From NCBI GenBank assembly GCA_964016885.1, contig OZ024743.1, positions 115,258,001-115,322,000 of the forward strand: DNA of 64,000 bases, read 5' to 3'. This DNA comes from Eledone cirrhosa. Taxonomy: Eukaryota. The translations under genes and the position numbers were made by a program. Shown piece after piece: positions 51,393-64,000 of this stretch. Below the pieces are notes generated by a model that worked only from the letters and a program-made list of their open reading frames with translations, made no database searches and was not told where the DNA came from. Numbering within the stretch: position 1 is the first letter of the stretch; each line of letters starts with the position of its first letter.

Positions 51393-51860
51393 TGGTGATG
51401 GCTGCCCCCTCGTTATCGAGTATGGCCATTGCACGATATACCATTATTAATAATAATTAATTAATTCTATCGTGCAATGCCTTTCAGTGAAGATATTTTT
51501 TAAAGTGACGAAAGACTGTGCACTGAGCCAATCCCACTCTCTGAGCGACAGTAGCTATAACCCGAAAAGATGAAAAGATCAACATCATCGGTAACTACTG
51601 AGCCGCAGGTTTTATATCGGAGTTATCCCAGTTTCCTGAGTTGCCTTGTCCTAGAAGAATGCCCGAGAAAGGCTAGGGGTCCTTCACTCCTAGTGGTTTA
51701 ACCGCGCGACCGGGTGTCCAGCCCGACTATTTCTATGTCCCCGCGCATATACATACACATGTACACATGCACATACACATATACACACACATGTACATGT
51801 ATATATACATATGTACACACTTCTGGATGGCCGTTGACTCTTATGAGTTCTTCCGCCCTT
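51393..51860 (-). mobile_element. Non-autonomous RTE-related element sharing its 3' tail with the LINE at 2166
   Basis: gatggctgccccctcgttatcgagtatggccattgcac identical to 2167-2204; body and head homologous to 31353-31790. Confidence 0.7.
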
Positions 51861-51949
51861 TGTATATATACAAACATATATACATGCATACATACATATC
51901 AGTCAGTCAACGCGATCGGTCGCATATTTTGGCGTGTTGAATAACTCTA

Positions 51950-54900
51950 TAATCCTCTAACTATATCCACTGAAGACACGTTTTATTCGAATTCGTAGAG
52001 ATATCCGACTAAATACATAATTCATTTTACAAGGATTTGCTACACACAGCATAGCTGACCACAACATCAACAACAATATCAGTGGAATACCAAAGAAAAC
52101 GAAAAAGGTAAACAAGATTTATTCAGTTGTAGCTACAGAAGAAACCGAAATTATAAATCGCATTTCTCTTGGAGTTCCGAACTGAATGATGATTTTTTTA
52201 AATTGTTGTAAAATGGCAAAAAACAATCCCTCCATTGACAGAATGAAGCTACACTCGGACGAAATACACCCAGAACTAAATCACTTCACAGCGAAACAAT
52301 TACGCCAACAAGCGACGTTTGTTGAAGGTAAAAATAAGATAAATATTATTAATTGTAAGTCCCCCACAACAAACATGCAATCAACAGAACGTGCTACAAG
52401 TCGCCATGCTACTAGACTTCCTAGCAGCCAGGTCGAACAGTGCCTTGAAACAACTATGCCTGTAAGAAACTTAACACAACGTGTACCATCTAAGTCTACA
52501 TCAAATGTTGGGGAAAACACTATCGATAATAATAATAATCGAAGAAATAATAATAATAATCGAAGAAATTTGACACCACGTGTACCATCCGAGTCATCTT
52601 CGACTATTGTGGAAAATACTATCGATAATGATAAAAATCAAAAGTATAAACAATTGAAAATTTCCCTCAAGGAAATCTTCCAGAGAAAATTAATTCATGT
52701 ATAAATATCTCTCTTGCTGAACAACAATATTTAATAAAAGACCAACAATATTCAATAAAAAAAAACAACAAATAATGAAATATTACGTATTATTAACGAA
52801 ATAGGGAATGAATGTTTACGACGGATAAAACCCCAACATATTGGCAAATCAACGCCTGTGTATATGCCTTAGCAACGACAGTGAAGAATTACCTTGGTGA
52901 TAGCAGAGATATTAACAAGAACAAAATACCACCAAAAATACCATCATATACAACTAAAATAGAAAAACAGATTGCTGACCTACGAAAAACCATAGGATAT
53001 GTGACAATGCTCATTACATGCAAACAAACCAAAAAACCTCACTCCTCACCAACAAAGAGTGAAAAATAAAATAGAGACGATGTTTGGTAACAGTAAAACC
53101 AGAACTCTTTAAAATAAGCTGATCACCCTAAAATAAGAATTGAGAACTGTTAGCGGAAAACGCCGATACTTGAAGAAGGTAGATGAAAGATTCAGACGAA
53201 ACCAAACATCAGTCTATAGAGATAATAAATGTCAGAAAATAATAAGTGTCAGAATAATAATCACAGAAAGACAGATTCCTTTTGGAGAATAATATTGGGT
53301 GAAAAGTAGAATTTCAACCAAGATGCAGTGTGGCTAAAAGAAATACGAAAGAACTATTGCTCCTACACTACAACAAAAACATACGAAATAAGAGAGGATA
53401 CTCTTGAGACTGATAGGAAAACTTCAAGATAAGAAAACACCAGGAAGTGACATGATTGCCGGCTACTGGTGCAAAAGAAAATGATATTCTATCGGAGGTA
53501 TCTTACTGGCCTCTACCAACAAGTTCTTAAGAATGGTTGACATTAGCACAAACATTACTGGTCCCCAACAACAAAAACACCCACTTGGCAAAAGACTACC
53601 GACCCATTGCATGCCAGAACCTGATGTATAAGATGTATACAGCCTGCCTGAACCTATTCCTCCAAGATCACTGTGAAAATAATAACATCATCACAGATGA
53701 ACAAGCAGCTGGAAAGAAAATGGTTTGGGGATGTGCTGAACAAATCCTAATCAACAAAACGGCAATGTCGGAGGTGCGACAACTTAGGAGGTATATGGCT
53801 ACAGCCTGGCTGGACTACAGGAAAGCTTTCGATTCGGTTCCCCACTCTTGGATGATAGAGGCCCTCAAATTTGCTAAAGTCCCAGGCATTATTATCAGAG
53901 CTTTAGAGAAGCTGTCTTCTTCTTGGGCTACTATCCTAAAGTTAAAGACAGAGAAGGAGGACTCTATTTTCACTGATAAAATAAAATATCGCAGGGGTAT
54001 ATTTCAGAGAGTCTTTCTGTGATATTATTCATCCAGTCATTAAACCCCTTATCCTTTCTGCTCAAGAAATGTGAAGGATACATCATTGGCTCACAGGAGG
54101 ACAGAATAACGAACCTAACCCATAATTCCTTTGTGTATGATCTGAAACTCTATGCGAAGATCATGGATAGGATGAAGAAAAATCTTGACCTTGTTACAAC
54201 GTTCTCAAATGATATAGGAATGGAGTTTGTCAAGATAAATGCTCATACATGACTGTAAAGGGGGGAAAAACAACAACCCAATCTAGCAACATTGTCATTA
54301 ATGGCCTAACTGTTCACGGATATCTGATGAGGACTGCTACAGGTACCTGGGGATAGATGAGAACATATCTTATAATGGTATCTGTAATAAGGAACGCGTA
54401 ACCAGGGAATACTACACCCTGTTAAGTAAGATATGGTCATCGGAATTATATGCGCAAAACAAAACAGTGGCCCACAATGTGTTTGCTGTGCCTGTCCTAC
54501 CACCAACGTTTGGAATAGTCAATTGGACGATAAACGAATTCGAAGCAGTTGATGTTAGAACTCGAAAAATACTAAACAACACCGGAAACTTCCACATCAA
54601 CAGTGACATAGACCGCCTTTACTTGAAACGTAAGCAGGGAGGCAGAGGCCTAACATCAGTCCAGAAAACATTTGAATGTCCCATCATATCCCTCCGGCAA
54701 CATCTACGAAGCGTAGGAGCCCGTCTGTCGGGCAAGTCTATGTGCATGGTAACAGATAAGATCATGAGAGTTGGAAAGGAACTCCTCAAGAGATATCCCC
54801 TGTGTGATAATAAAAAAATCACACCCAGACAAGTCGCTCAGCAGTATCGCAGTGAATCCATGGATGAAAAACTGCATGCTTATCAGCAAAAAATCATGCA

Positions 54901-55655
54901 TGTATGGATATGTTTTCAGGAAGCTCCAGAGTGAGAGTAGTATATATAAGGAAAGTAGTCTATCTTGGACCAACAACCGCTATATTGAAGGATACGCTTT
55001 TGCAATCCAAGAACAGAAAATTAACACGAAATACCTGTTTCACAAAAGAGATAGGGATGCAGGCAAAACACCTAGATGTGATAACAAGTGCAGAATTAAA
55101 ATCGAAGATGTCAAGCATGTTATCAGCAGCTGTCCAAAGATGTCATAGCGGTACTATCTACCTATGAGGCATGATGTAGTGGCCAAAACACTGTACAATG
55201 CAATCCGTAGAAACGATAGCCCCGATAAGAAACACATTAAAAGCTACAGCAATGTGGAAGACATCCATATACATAATATGAAAGAGTACTGGTGGAATGT
55301 TCCAGTAAAACCCCGATAAAATGCAGGCATAACAGACCAAATATTATGATATGGGACAGGGAAAAGAAAGCATGCACAGTAGTGGAAGTTAGCTGCCCAG
55401 CAGATCCTAATTTGATATAAAAGATTAGCAGAATGGAGAATATTTATGCAGATACTCCACGCTGATTACACCTTCAGATTTATGCCTGTGATTATTGGGG
55501 CACTGGGGTATGTTAGTATCTGCCTCAATACAAATCTTGAGAAGCTAGGCTTCAGAAGAAGAGAAAGAACACAGCTAGTTAGGAAATTACAAGAACAATC
55601 CATTAATGAACAGTAACAAATATGTAAAACATTCAAAAATGCTGCATCTAATAAG
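51950..55655 (+). pseudogene. Degraded R4/Dong-like non-LTR retrotransposon (RT + CCHC + restriction-like endonuclease)
   Basis: DYRPIACQN, AWLDYRKAFDSVPHSW, RRGIFQ, LYLKRKQGGRGL, AIQEQ..C...HVISSCP, MRHDVVAK, HNRPNIMIWD...VVEVSCP; many frameshifts. Confidence 0.85.
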
Positions 55656-55888
55656 TGCATATATACATGTACAGATACAAAGCAGATAAACATGCACGCA
55701 TACAACTCAAAGCATACCTATTCACACATACAATAACATCCATATCTACACATGCATACATGCAGACATGCAGACATATCTATCTAGTTGATATTGTGTA
55801 AATTCCAATGAGAGAGTCTTGTGTCTATGTTAGAAACCGCCTCTTTCTTTCTATTGGTAAACATTTGTGAAATTATAAAACCAGAAAA

Positions 55889-55939
<51 letters not shown>

Positions 55940-56082
55940 CACAGACACACACACACACACACATATATATATTCCAAAAATAGCTGAACACACATGAGCT
56001 TTTCCCCAAAACAATTTTATTCTGTTCCTTCCTTTTCTCAATCCTCTTTAACATTCTATTTCTTAGTTTATGAATCATACTA

Positions 56083-56118
56083 TCTTCTAATGAAACACAG
56101 GCCTCCGAAACGTTAAGA
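56083..56118 (+). ncRNA. Degenerate minimal hammerhead
   Basis: tctt-CTAATGA...GAAA-cgTT-aaga; stem III AACGTT. Confidence 0.5.
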
Positions 56119-56257
56119 CTTTTCCTGCTATATAAGTGTTAAAATATAGTATCTAACACCATTGCACACTATTGTTTGTTTTGTTGTTTTCCGTTCACTT
56201 TTCGCATATATCCGTTCGCTTTTCGCATATATCTGTAAACGTGTGTTTGTAGGAGTG

Positions 56258-56294
<37 letters not shown>

Positions 56295-56301
<7 letters not shown>

Positions 56302-56703
56302 ATGCTTTGGGAGGGTCATGTTGCCAATAAGAAACACACGCACCAGCTGCTTTCAGTCCAATTTATTATAAATTAAATATATAAATTTAAGAATTTCTAA
56401 ATTTCCGGTTGGTTGGTTAATACTAAGATAGTAGAAATACCAGGTACCTTCATAAAAACACTTATTAGCAATACATACCCTTTTCAAAGACCACCATGTA
56501 TAGATAAGAAATGCATAATCTGTAAACTAGGCCCCTATATTAACTGTAAAACTAGAAATGTAGTATATACCATAAGATGTACTGAAGGAGAATGTAAAGA
56601 TAAGAATATAGTGTACATAGGTGAGACAGCTCCCAAAGCATAACAATATCGGTTTCAACACACGTTTTCAGATAAAGAATCTTTCTAAACAAATTCAGAA
56701 ACG
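56295..56703 (+). mobile_element. Internally deleted PLE: inverted pLTR end, GIY-YIG fragment, pLTR end
   Basis: CIICK...NCKTRNVVYTIRCTEGEC....YIGET; flanked by atattgttatgctttgggag / ctcccaaagcataacaatat. Confidence 0.75.
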
Positions 56704-56785
<82 letters not shown>

Positions 56786-56811
56786 CTCTGTGTGTGTGCA
56801 CGTGTGTGTGG

Positions 56812-56853
<42 letters not shown>

Positions 56854-57104
56854 GTGTGTATGTGCGTTTGAGTGTGTGTCTATATCGCATTTATTTTTTG
56901 TACATTTAGTTTGTGACGTTCGTTCTAACTTATTTCAAGTAGCTCAATTGAAAGTTGTGTTTGCAGAGATGTTTGTTGGTATTAAGGAGAATATGCTATG
57001 TAATTGAAGATTGAATATTTGATTTTGTGTACTTGCCTGTGTTTGTGTGTGTTAGAGAGAGAGGGAGGTGAGGGGAGAGGGGAAGAGTCGAGGGAACAGA
57101 GCTA

Positions 57105-57141
<37 letters not shown>

Positions 57142-57324
57142 AAGGAGAGAAAAATAGAACTATGATAGATTGTGAAAGGTAGTAGGATTGAAGCGGGGTT
57201 ATATAGTAAGTTAGAGAGAGTAGATAACGCACACCCATATACAAGCCAAACACACACAAGTATATAGACAGATAGATAAATAGATAGATAGGTAAATGAA
57301 TGAATAAATAAATTTATAAATATA

Positions 57325-57364
<40 letters not shown>

Positions 57365-57366
<2 letters not shown>

Positions 57367-58204
57367 GTAGGATTAAAAATGGGGCTATGTGGTCACAAAT
57401 ATATATTCTTAAATATCATGGGTTAAAACACTGAAGACAACAACATTAGGACACATCCCGCTCATCGGCAGTCATCTGTGTATCACTATAGTTTTGGATA
57501 CATTAAAGACAGGACTATCCACCACAGTGGATTAGTAGCTAAATTGAATAGCTATGCAGGAAGAAACACAACGGACAATGGGCGAAGAAAAACAATAAAA
57601 AATGCAATGAAAGAATGAAAACAAAAAATCACATACCGATATAGAACGGGAAAAATACAAAGAGTGCAGCACACACAAGTGTGGTTAATAACCGTAAGAA
57701 AAGGAAGAAGGTTAATACAAGTTGTTAGACATAAGTTCTGAGACCGTATTAGCGACATAGGCAGAAAAGGTCGACGCCAGATCGAGAAAAGAGGAAACAA
57801 ACGTTGAGCATATAGAACTGAGAAACGTCTTCACCATTCTGTCCACCGGGCTGTGGCGATGGCCAGCACGTGGGACCTCATTTGCTCACCATACAGAGAG
57901 ATGGGAGGGCGAGAGAGATGGAGGCGATGACGGCGGCTTGTGACCGTTCGGACCATATCCGTGTGCTTGTTTTCTTATCTATAGAGTTCATTCTATTATT
58001 CAGTTGTTATCGAAATACAGTTGTACACCGTTGACGTTATAGAGAAGAGAAAGAGTATCAGACTCTGGGAAAGAAACAGTTAGCAAGACAGTAAAATAAT
58101 GTTGAATTAAAAATGGGGCAGTGTAGTTACAAATAAATATTTAAAAAACGTGGGTGAAAATACGGAAGACAAACATAAGGACAGTTCCCGATCATCGGCT
58201 GTCC

Positions 58205-58210
<6 letters not shown>
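57365..58210. repeat. Element with ~115-bp diverged terminal direct repeats (57365-57480 and 58099-58210) within (TA)n
   Basis: attaaaaatggggc...catcggc.gtc.tctgt occurs at both ends. Confidence 0.65.
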
Positions 58211-58242
<32 letters not shown>

Positions 58243-58243
<1 letters not shown>

Positions 58244-61110
58244 CTTCAACATATTAATAAATATAGACTATCATGCGATCAAATATATTTTATTATACAT
58301 ATTTCAGAGCTAGTGAGCTATTTCAACAGTACGTCCTCATCAGATAAAATAAGTTGATGTCTGACATACCTTGACTATGTTGATGGTTATAATTTAGTCA
58401 TGGCAGTGATTAGTTATGACAAAACTCAATATTTATGTACCTTAAGTTGAAACATGAAAAATTACATATAATACAGAGGGTACGTATGAGAATGTGTATA
58501 AAGATATATAATAATAAATAACTAATAATATATAATACATATACTTACATAACTGTTAAACATTTAAATAATAAGATAGGCATACCTCATTATTACAGAT
58601 AGAGGAAGCGAGAGATCGAGAAAGCTAATCACGAGGAAAGAGAGAAGAAAAGAAAGAGATTTGATCGTAGGAACAAAAGAAGGGAGATATATGAGATAGC
58701 GAGAGGTGATCAAAGGATAGAGGAAAGAAATGAAAATAAGTTTAATAGTATAAACAAAGAGAGGAAGATATTCATGTTAACGTATAAATAGCGTATAATT
58801 AGATAGGGGGGAAGAAAATCTAGGCATATGATGCGTGACCGTTTATTTTCAAATCTTAAGTTAATTACAAATAGTCAATTAATCAAATGACATGATATTT
58901 TAGACTATAAAATTTGAAATGATTTATATTATTGTATTATATCAGAGTTAAAGCAAATGTAACGTGAAAGAGATAAATTTATGTTTATCATAACTCCAAA
59001 GTTACTGTATTTAAAAGTATATTAAAATTAAAAATATAATCAATATATTAGTTATCATAACTCCAAAGTTATTGTATTTAAAAGTATATTAAAATTAAAA
59101 ATATAATCAATATATTAGTTAGAAAACATTAAAATTAAAATGTTATTAACTAACCATATAGCATTATAACTGTATTTAATAAGATATTATTACACCAGAT
59201 TTATCTATATATACGCATTTGTATAATTTATATATAAACTATAAGGTTTAAAGTTTAAGATGATATTAGGCACTTATATATAATATAATTACTGTTAAGA
59301 GTGTTATAAATTTGATTCAACTAGATTTTACTGTATTCAAAATTTTACATCAAGTTAATTACAAATAATTAATCAACTTGGATCTAAGGAAACTTTTATA
59401 TTATAAATGTACAATCATATCCTCGTGAATCGTAAACAAACATTTACAGTAATTAAACGGTTTACGAGTCTGAATACATTAGATGTATCAAATATATAAG
59501 ATATAAGATTTTAAAAATACAAAAATCAAAATTAAATGTATTTAAACAATCTAAAGGTCATACATACTCAACAAGACATTAGGTTAACAATTTCTATGTT
59601 TAGGTAGAAACCCTTAATCCAATATTAATAGTAGCATAAATAATAAAAGCATTACAAGAATGTTTAATCTGAGACAATATCATTTCACGCTCGGAATTAT
59701 TAATAAACGTCTAAATCATTTCACGTTCATTCAATGTTTTTTCCGGATTTTTTGTGAAGCTTGGAATGTAGATGCAGCTTTGTGCAAGCAATTTGAAAAT
59801 AATTAATTTCTTTTGTTAATTAAGTTATCATAATTAGCAATTTTTAATAGGGTCTCTATATTGCAAAGATTGCAGTTAGGAGAGATCGAGGAATTTAAGT
59901 AGACTTGACTATTACAAAGTTTGGACCAAAATATTGAGTATTTTAAATTTTTGTCTTTTAACGACCATATAAGTTGTGATAAAGAGGTAAAGAATTTCTC
60001 ATCCGGATTCGAAAAAGAGTGTTTGTGATTAGAAAATCGTAATTTAAAACTCGATGAAGTTGCACCTATATAGTTGTAAGTGATGTTATTTGCTTTAACG
60101 GTACATTTATAAACTAGGTTCTTATCAAGACAATTATTTTGCAGAGGACAATTCGATCTATTTCTACAGTTACATTTCGATTTACTGTTATTACTATAAT
60201 TTAAACTGTACACGTTATCATTGCTAATACTTGCAGGTGTTCTATTGTGAGGGCTTAAATTAATGTTATTATTATTCACAGTATCAATATTATTGCTAAT
60301 GTTAATATTGTCATTATCCCTAATTGTGTGTTGGTTATGAATAAGAATACTACTATTTATTTATGTAATGTTCTGAGCCATATTCATAGATGTAGAATAA
60401 GATAACTTAATTGTGTATCTATTGAATATGGAATGGTACTTATGTGTTCCAGACAAGCAATTATCTAATGCCTTAACAAATAATTGTGCTAGGGGTATTT
60501 TGATAGCTAAAGACGCGGGAGGTGCATACCAAATAACTGATTTGGTTCTGATTTTTTTCCGAGATTTATTCACGAAATTAGTATTTATATTTATATTTAA
60601 ATAATTTTTAAAGTCCGCTTTATTTATGTTTTTATATTTTTACCTAATTTATAATTCGAATTAGTATTATCTAGATATTCAATATTATTTTCATATCCTG
60701 CCGTATGCAACGCCTCGTTATAATATCCAGCTTTTACATCAAAAATGGATTTGTTACCGGATAATCTAGTTAAGCGTTTTTGAACACTATTGACTATCGC
60801 ATTTTCACGGATTTAGGGTGATTAGAGTAATAGTTAACGTAATTTAGGTTTTCATTGGGCTTATGGAAGGGGTAATATAGTACTGAATTTAAATTAAGGG
60901 TGACATTAAGGAAGTTAACTACTTTAGTGCTACTTCAACTTCTAATTTGAGGTCAACATTTTTAAAGAATTCTATAATTTTTTTCTTAACCCTATTTAGT
61001 TCTGTATTGCTATGTTTAACTACAGTAAATAAAATATCATCCCTATGCAATTTTCTATTTACTATATTGAGGATAAAAATTCCCAGAAGATAGGTAATTT
61101 GTGCAGTCAG
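58243..61110 (-). pseudogene. 5'-truncated PLE: RT C-terminus, linker, GIY-YIG, long 3' UTR and HHR (58288-58349)
   Basis: RDDIL..RVKKKIIEFFK, SVIWYAPP, CNCRNRSNCPLQNNCL, YIGATSSSFKLRFSNH, CNLCNIE; same family as 36345-40405. Confidence 0.85.
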
Positions 61111-61125
61111 ACGATATATATATAT

Positions 61126-63282
61126 AATGAAAAATTGAACAGGGACAGAACAGAGAGGCAGTATGATAAATGTTTATTAAATTCACGCTCGGGAGAGTGG
61201 GGGGTAGGTGGAGGACGACGTTTCGGGCATAAGCCCTTCTTCAGGTGAGAAGTGTGTGGGAACAGAGTTCAAAAGGTGTGTAGGGGAGTGGTGGAGAGAC
61301 ATATAGCGAAAGGAAACGGTGCGAATGAAAAATTAACAAATAAAGACAAAAATATAATAAATAATAAATAAAAATAAAGCATGATCAAAATACAAGGAAA
61401 GAGAAAATTTAAAAATAAAGGCATGATCAAAATAAACTGAAATTAAAAGGGGGTAAACAGGTGGTGGAAGGGTGTGGGGTGAGTAGGGGTGGTGGCGGGT
61501 GGAGTGGGGAGAGGGAGACGGGGTGTCCGAGCGGGGAGGGCTGAAGGTGGTGTGTGTGGCTAGGTGTGCGTGTGTGTGTGTGTGTGTGTGTGTATGTGAA
61601 AGTGAGGGTTGGGGGAAGAACGGGGTTGCATGTTCAGGAAGGTGTGTGTCGGGGGTGTTTTTGTGGGTCGGAGGGTCTGTGCGTGTGTGGATAGAGGGTG
61701 GGGGGAGATGAATCAGGAGGCTGAGGGTGTAAATATGTGGTGGGAAGCACGTGTGTGTGGTTTAAGCGTGTTGTGGGTGTGGGTGGCGTGTGGATAAAAA
61801 AAAAAAAAATTGGGGGGGGTGTGTGTGGGTGAGTTATATAGGTGATGGTGTAAGAGGATGGTTGAAAAGTTGGTAAGTTACACGGATGTTTGGAGAATTT
61901 GGTTAGAAGTCAATATCACGTGTGGGTAATCCAAGAAGCGGTGGTCGGAAGAGGAGAGATGTGGGGTGCGCGCGCAACAGGAAGTGGTCAGCAGTGGGAG
62001 TGCTGTGGTCAGTTGGTGCTGAGACAGTGGTCGGAAGGGCATAGCAGCAGTCGGCGGAATGGTAGGGAGGCGAGGATGGGTAGGTGTGAGAGTTGGAGTG
62101 AGGAGGGTGTGTGTGTGTGTGTGTATTAGTAGGGGTGTTAGTGGGATGAGTGAGTGTGGAGCGGGGAGAGAAGGGTGTGTGTGGTTCTATGGAGGGAGTG
62201 TGGTGTACTGGTGTGTGTGTAGTTTGGTGAAGAGGTGTTAGTGGGTGTTAGTATACGGGAGGTGGGGAGGGGTGGAATGCAGGTGTGAGTGGGGGTTAGT
62301 GGGGGTAGGGTGTGTAGAGTTGGTGGTGTACGAGGGTGTGTGGGTACGTGTGCGTGGGGTTGGAGGGTGTTAGTGATGTTAGTTGCGTGTGGGGGGGGCG
62401 GTGAAAAGGAGGGGTGTGTTAGTGGTGTTAGTGGGGGATAAGTGTGGGGGGAGGGGGCGGTCGAACGCTAAAGGAATAAGGGTGGGGAGTTCAGGCCGGG
62501 GGGAGTGTGGGTCTGTAAGATGAAGATAGTGCGTTGTTCGACCGTAAGGCGATGGGCGGGTGTTCCGTGGCACTGGAGTAGGCCACAGACTGTGAGATGG
62601 CGTGCGGAGTGTCCAGGGCCACCAAAGTGGCGGGCGATGGGGGAACTTCCCCCGAGACGAATATCCCGGAGGTGCTCCGTGACTCGGTCCGCCAGGCGAC
62701 GTCCCGTCTGTCCGATATAAGTCGCGCTGCACTCCGTGCAACGAAGTCCGTAGACTAGGTTGGAGGAGGTGCAGCGGAAGGCATGCCGGACCGAGAGAGG
62801 GTGGCCGTTGGGACCCTGGAAGGTGGTGGTGTTGGTGATGTGGGGACAGGTGTTGCAGCGGGGCCTAGAATAGGGGAAGGAACCGGGGGGGGGGGGGTTG
62901 GGGGGTAGGGAGCTGTGGACGAGGAGGGTGCGGAGATTGCGTGCGCGTTCGAAGGAGGGGAGTGGTGGGGTTGGGAAGATGTGGGAGGTGGAGGGGTCGG
63001 ACTGGAGGCGTCGGAAGAGGTGGCGGATGGTGCGGTGGAGGGGTAAGGTGGAGGGGTGGTAGGTGATGGGGAAGGGGAGACGGAGGGTGGGTGTGCGGTG
63101 GCGTGGGGTGAGGGTGGTGGAGCGGGGGATAGCACGGGCGTGGGTGAGAGCGGTGTGGACGAGAGAGGGGGGGTAACCTCTGCGGATGAAATGGCTGACT
63201 AGGGAAAGGGCCTGGGGCTCGAAGTCAGCATCTCGGCTGCAGAGGCGGCGGATCCTGAGAAGTTGGGAGTAGGGAATGGAGA
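61126..63282 (-). mobile_element. GC-rich 5'-truncated PLE with 3' UTR and HHR (about 61210-61249)
   Basis: HHR cac-CTGAAGA-agggc ttat gccc-GAAA-cGTC; both ends abut (TA)n. Confidence 0.85.
62468..63282 (-). CDS. PLE RT thumb plus GIY-YIG endonuclease, uninterrupted fragment
   Basis: SIPYSQLLRIRRLCS, RGYP, ITYHP, RNLRTLLV, RCNTCP, CTSSNLVYGLRC..C...YIGQTGRRL..R..EH, IARHF, PPGLN. Confidence 0.9.
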
Positions 63283-63319
<37 letters not shown>

Positions 63320-64000
63320 TTGGTAGAGGAGATTTAGTGACAAAGTTAGGTTAATTCGGAACTAGATTGATCCATATATAACTTTATCATGAATAAAGAA
63401 CGAATATCTATTCATACTTCTAGATGTGAGTGAGATAGTATATAAAATGCTATTGCAAAGCTGTTAGTCAGAAATTTGTACTAGAGATTATGGCTGTTTC
63501 CTCCTTCTCTAAGGACATTATCTTAAAGAGTATGCGAGATGATACATAAAATTCAATATTTTCAACTACATTATCATTTCAGAAATACAATTTCATTGAA
63601 GACGAATCACATCGTACTGAATTTTATTCTTTTCGCCTTTTAACCTTGTAAGATTTGAAGGTGTTTATCCAACTTGTACGTATTTGAAAGTGTTTATCCA
63701 ACTTCAGTAGATGCTTATTTACAATGTAATATATGTATGGGTCTGTAAATACTGATTGAGTAGTGGGGGCCGCCGTAGTTATATGTGGCGTGTTGTCGAT
63801 ATTTTAGACCTGGTGAATACCTCCCTCCCAACGTATACACATCGCCAATATTTCCAGAGAAAATGATCTAGCAAAAGAATCATACTCAGTACTGGAGTGG
63901 TAATTATTTACCGAACTCGAATGGATGAAAGGCAAGGTTATGGTGAAATATATGTGTATGTAACATACATTATGGAATAATTGTATTACTGATGATATCT

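Noticed and set aside
54322-54345. CTGATGA hammerhead-like core (also at 20971, 30392 and 43787)
   Set aside because: No properly placed stem II, GAAA and stem III; the 54322 hit lies within LINE coding sequence

Overview
AT-rich eukaryotic (animal) DNA, probably a cephalopod mollusc such as Octopus; this is inferred from the repeat landscape, not proven. Almost all of the window is intron or intergenic sequence: long (TA)n/(CA)n microsatellites plus decayed retroelements. The many Y/I-repeat ORFs in the track are microsatellite artefacts. One host exon is recognisable: 25970-26085 (minus), a Cys-loop ligand-gated anion channel. Retroelements: a 5'-truncated RTE LINE with three C2H2 fingers, an R4/Dong-like LINE relic, a Gypsy relic, tRNA-derived SINEs and more than a dozen Penelope-like (PLE; RT/GIY-YIG) fragments. 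The most striking pattern is a dense set of about 20 minimal type I hammerhead ribozyme (HHR) motifs, many lying in tail-outward inverted dimers embedded in (TA)n. One dimer (8374-8728) has a junction that matches a snap-back, self-primed cDNA when compared with a monomer at 1133-1320. A ~315-nt HHR tandem unit that also occurs circularly permuted looks like a retrozyme (circRNA). The Gypsy relic is bounded by inverted rather than direct LTRs. All coordinates were read by eye; element edges are approximate.
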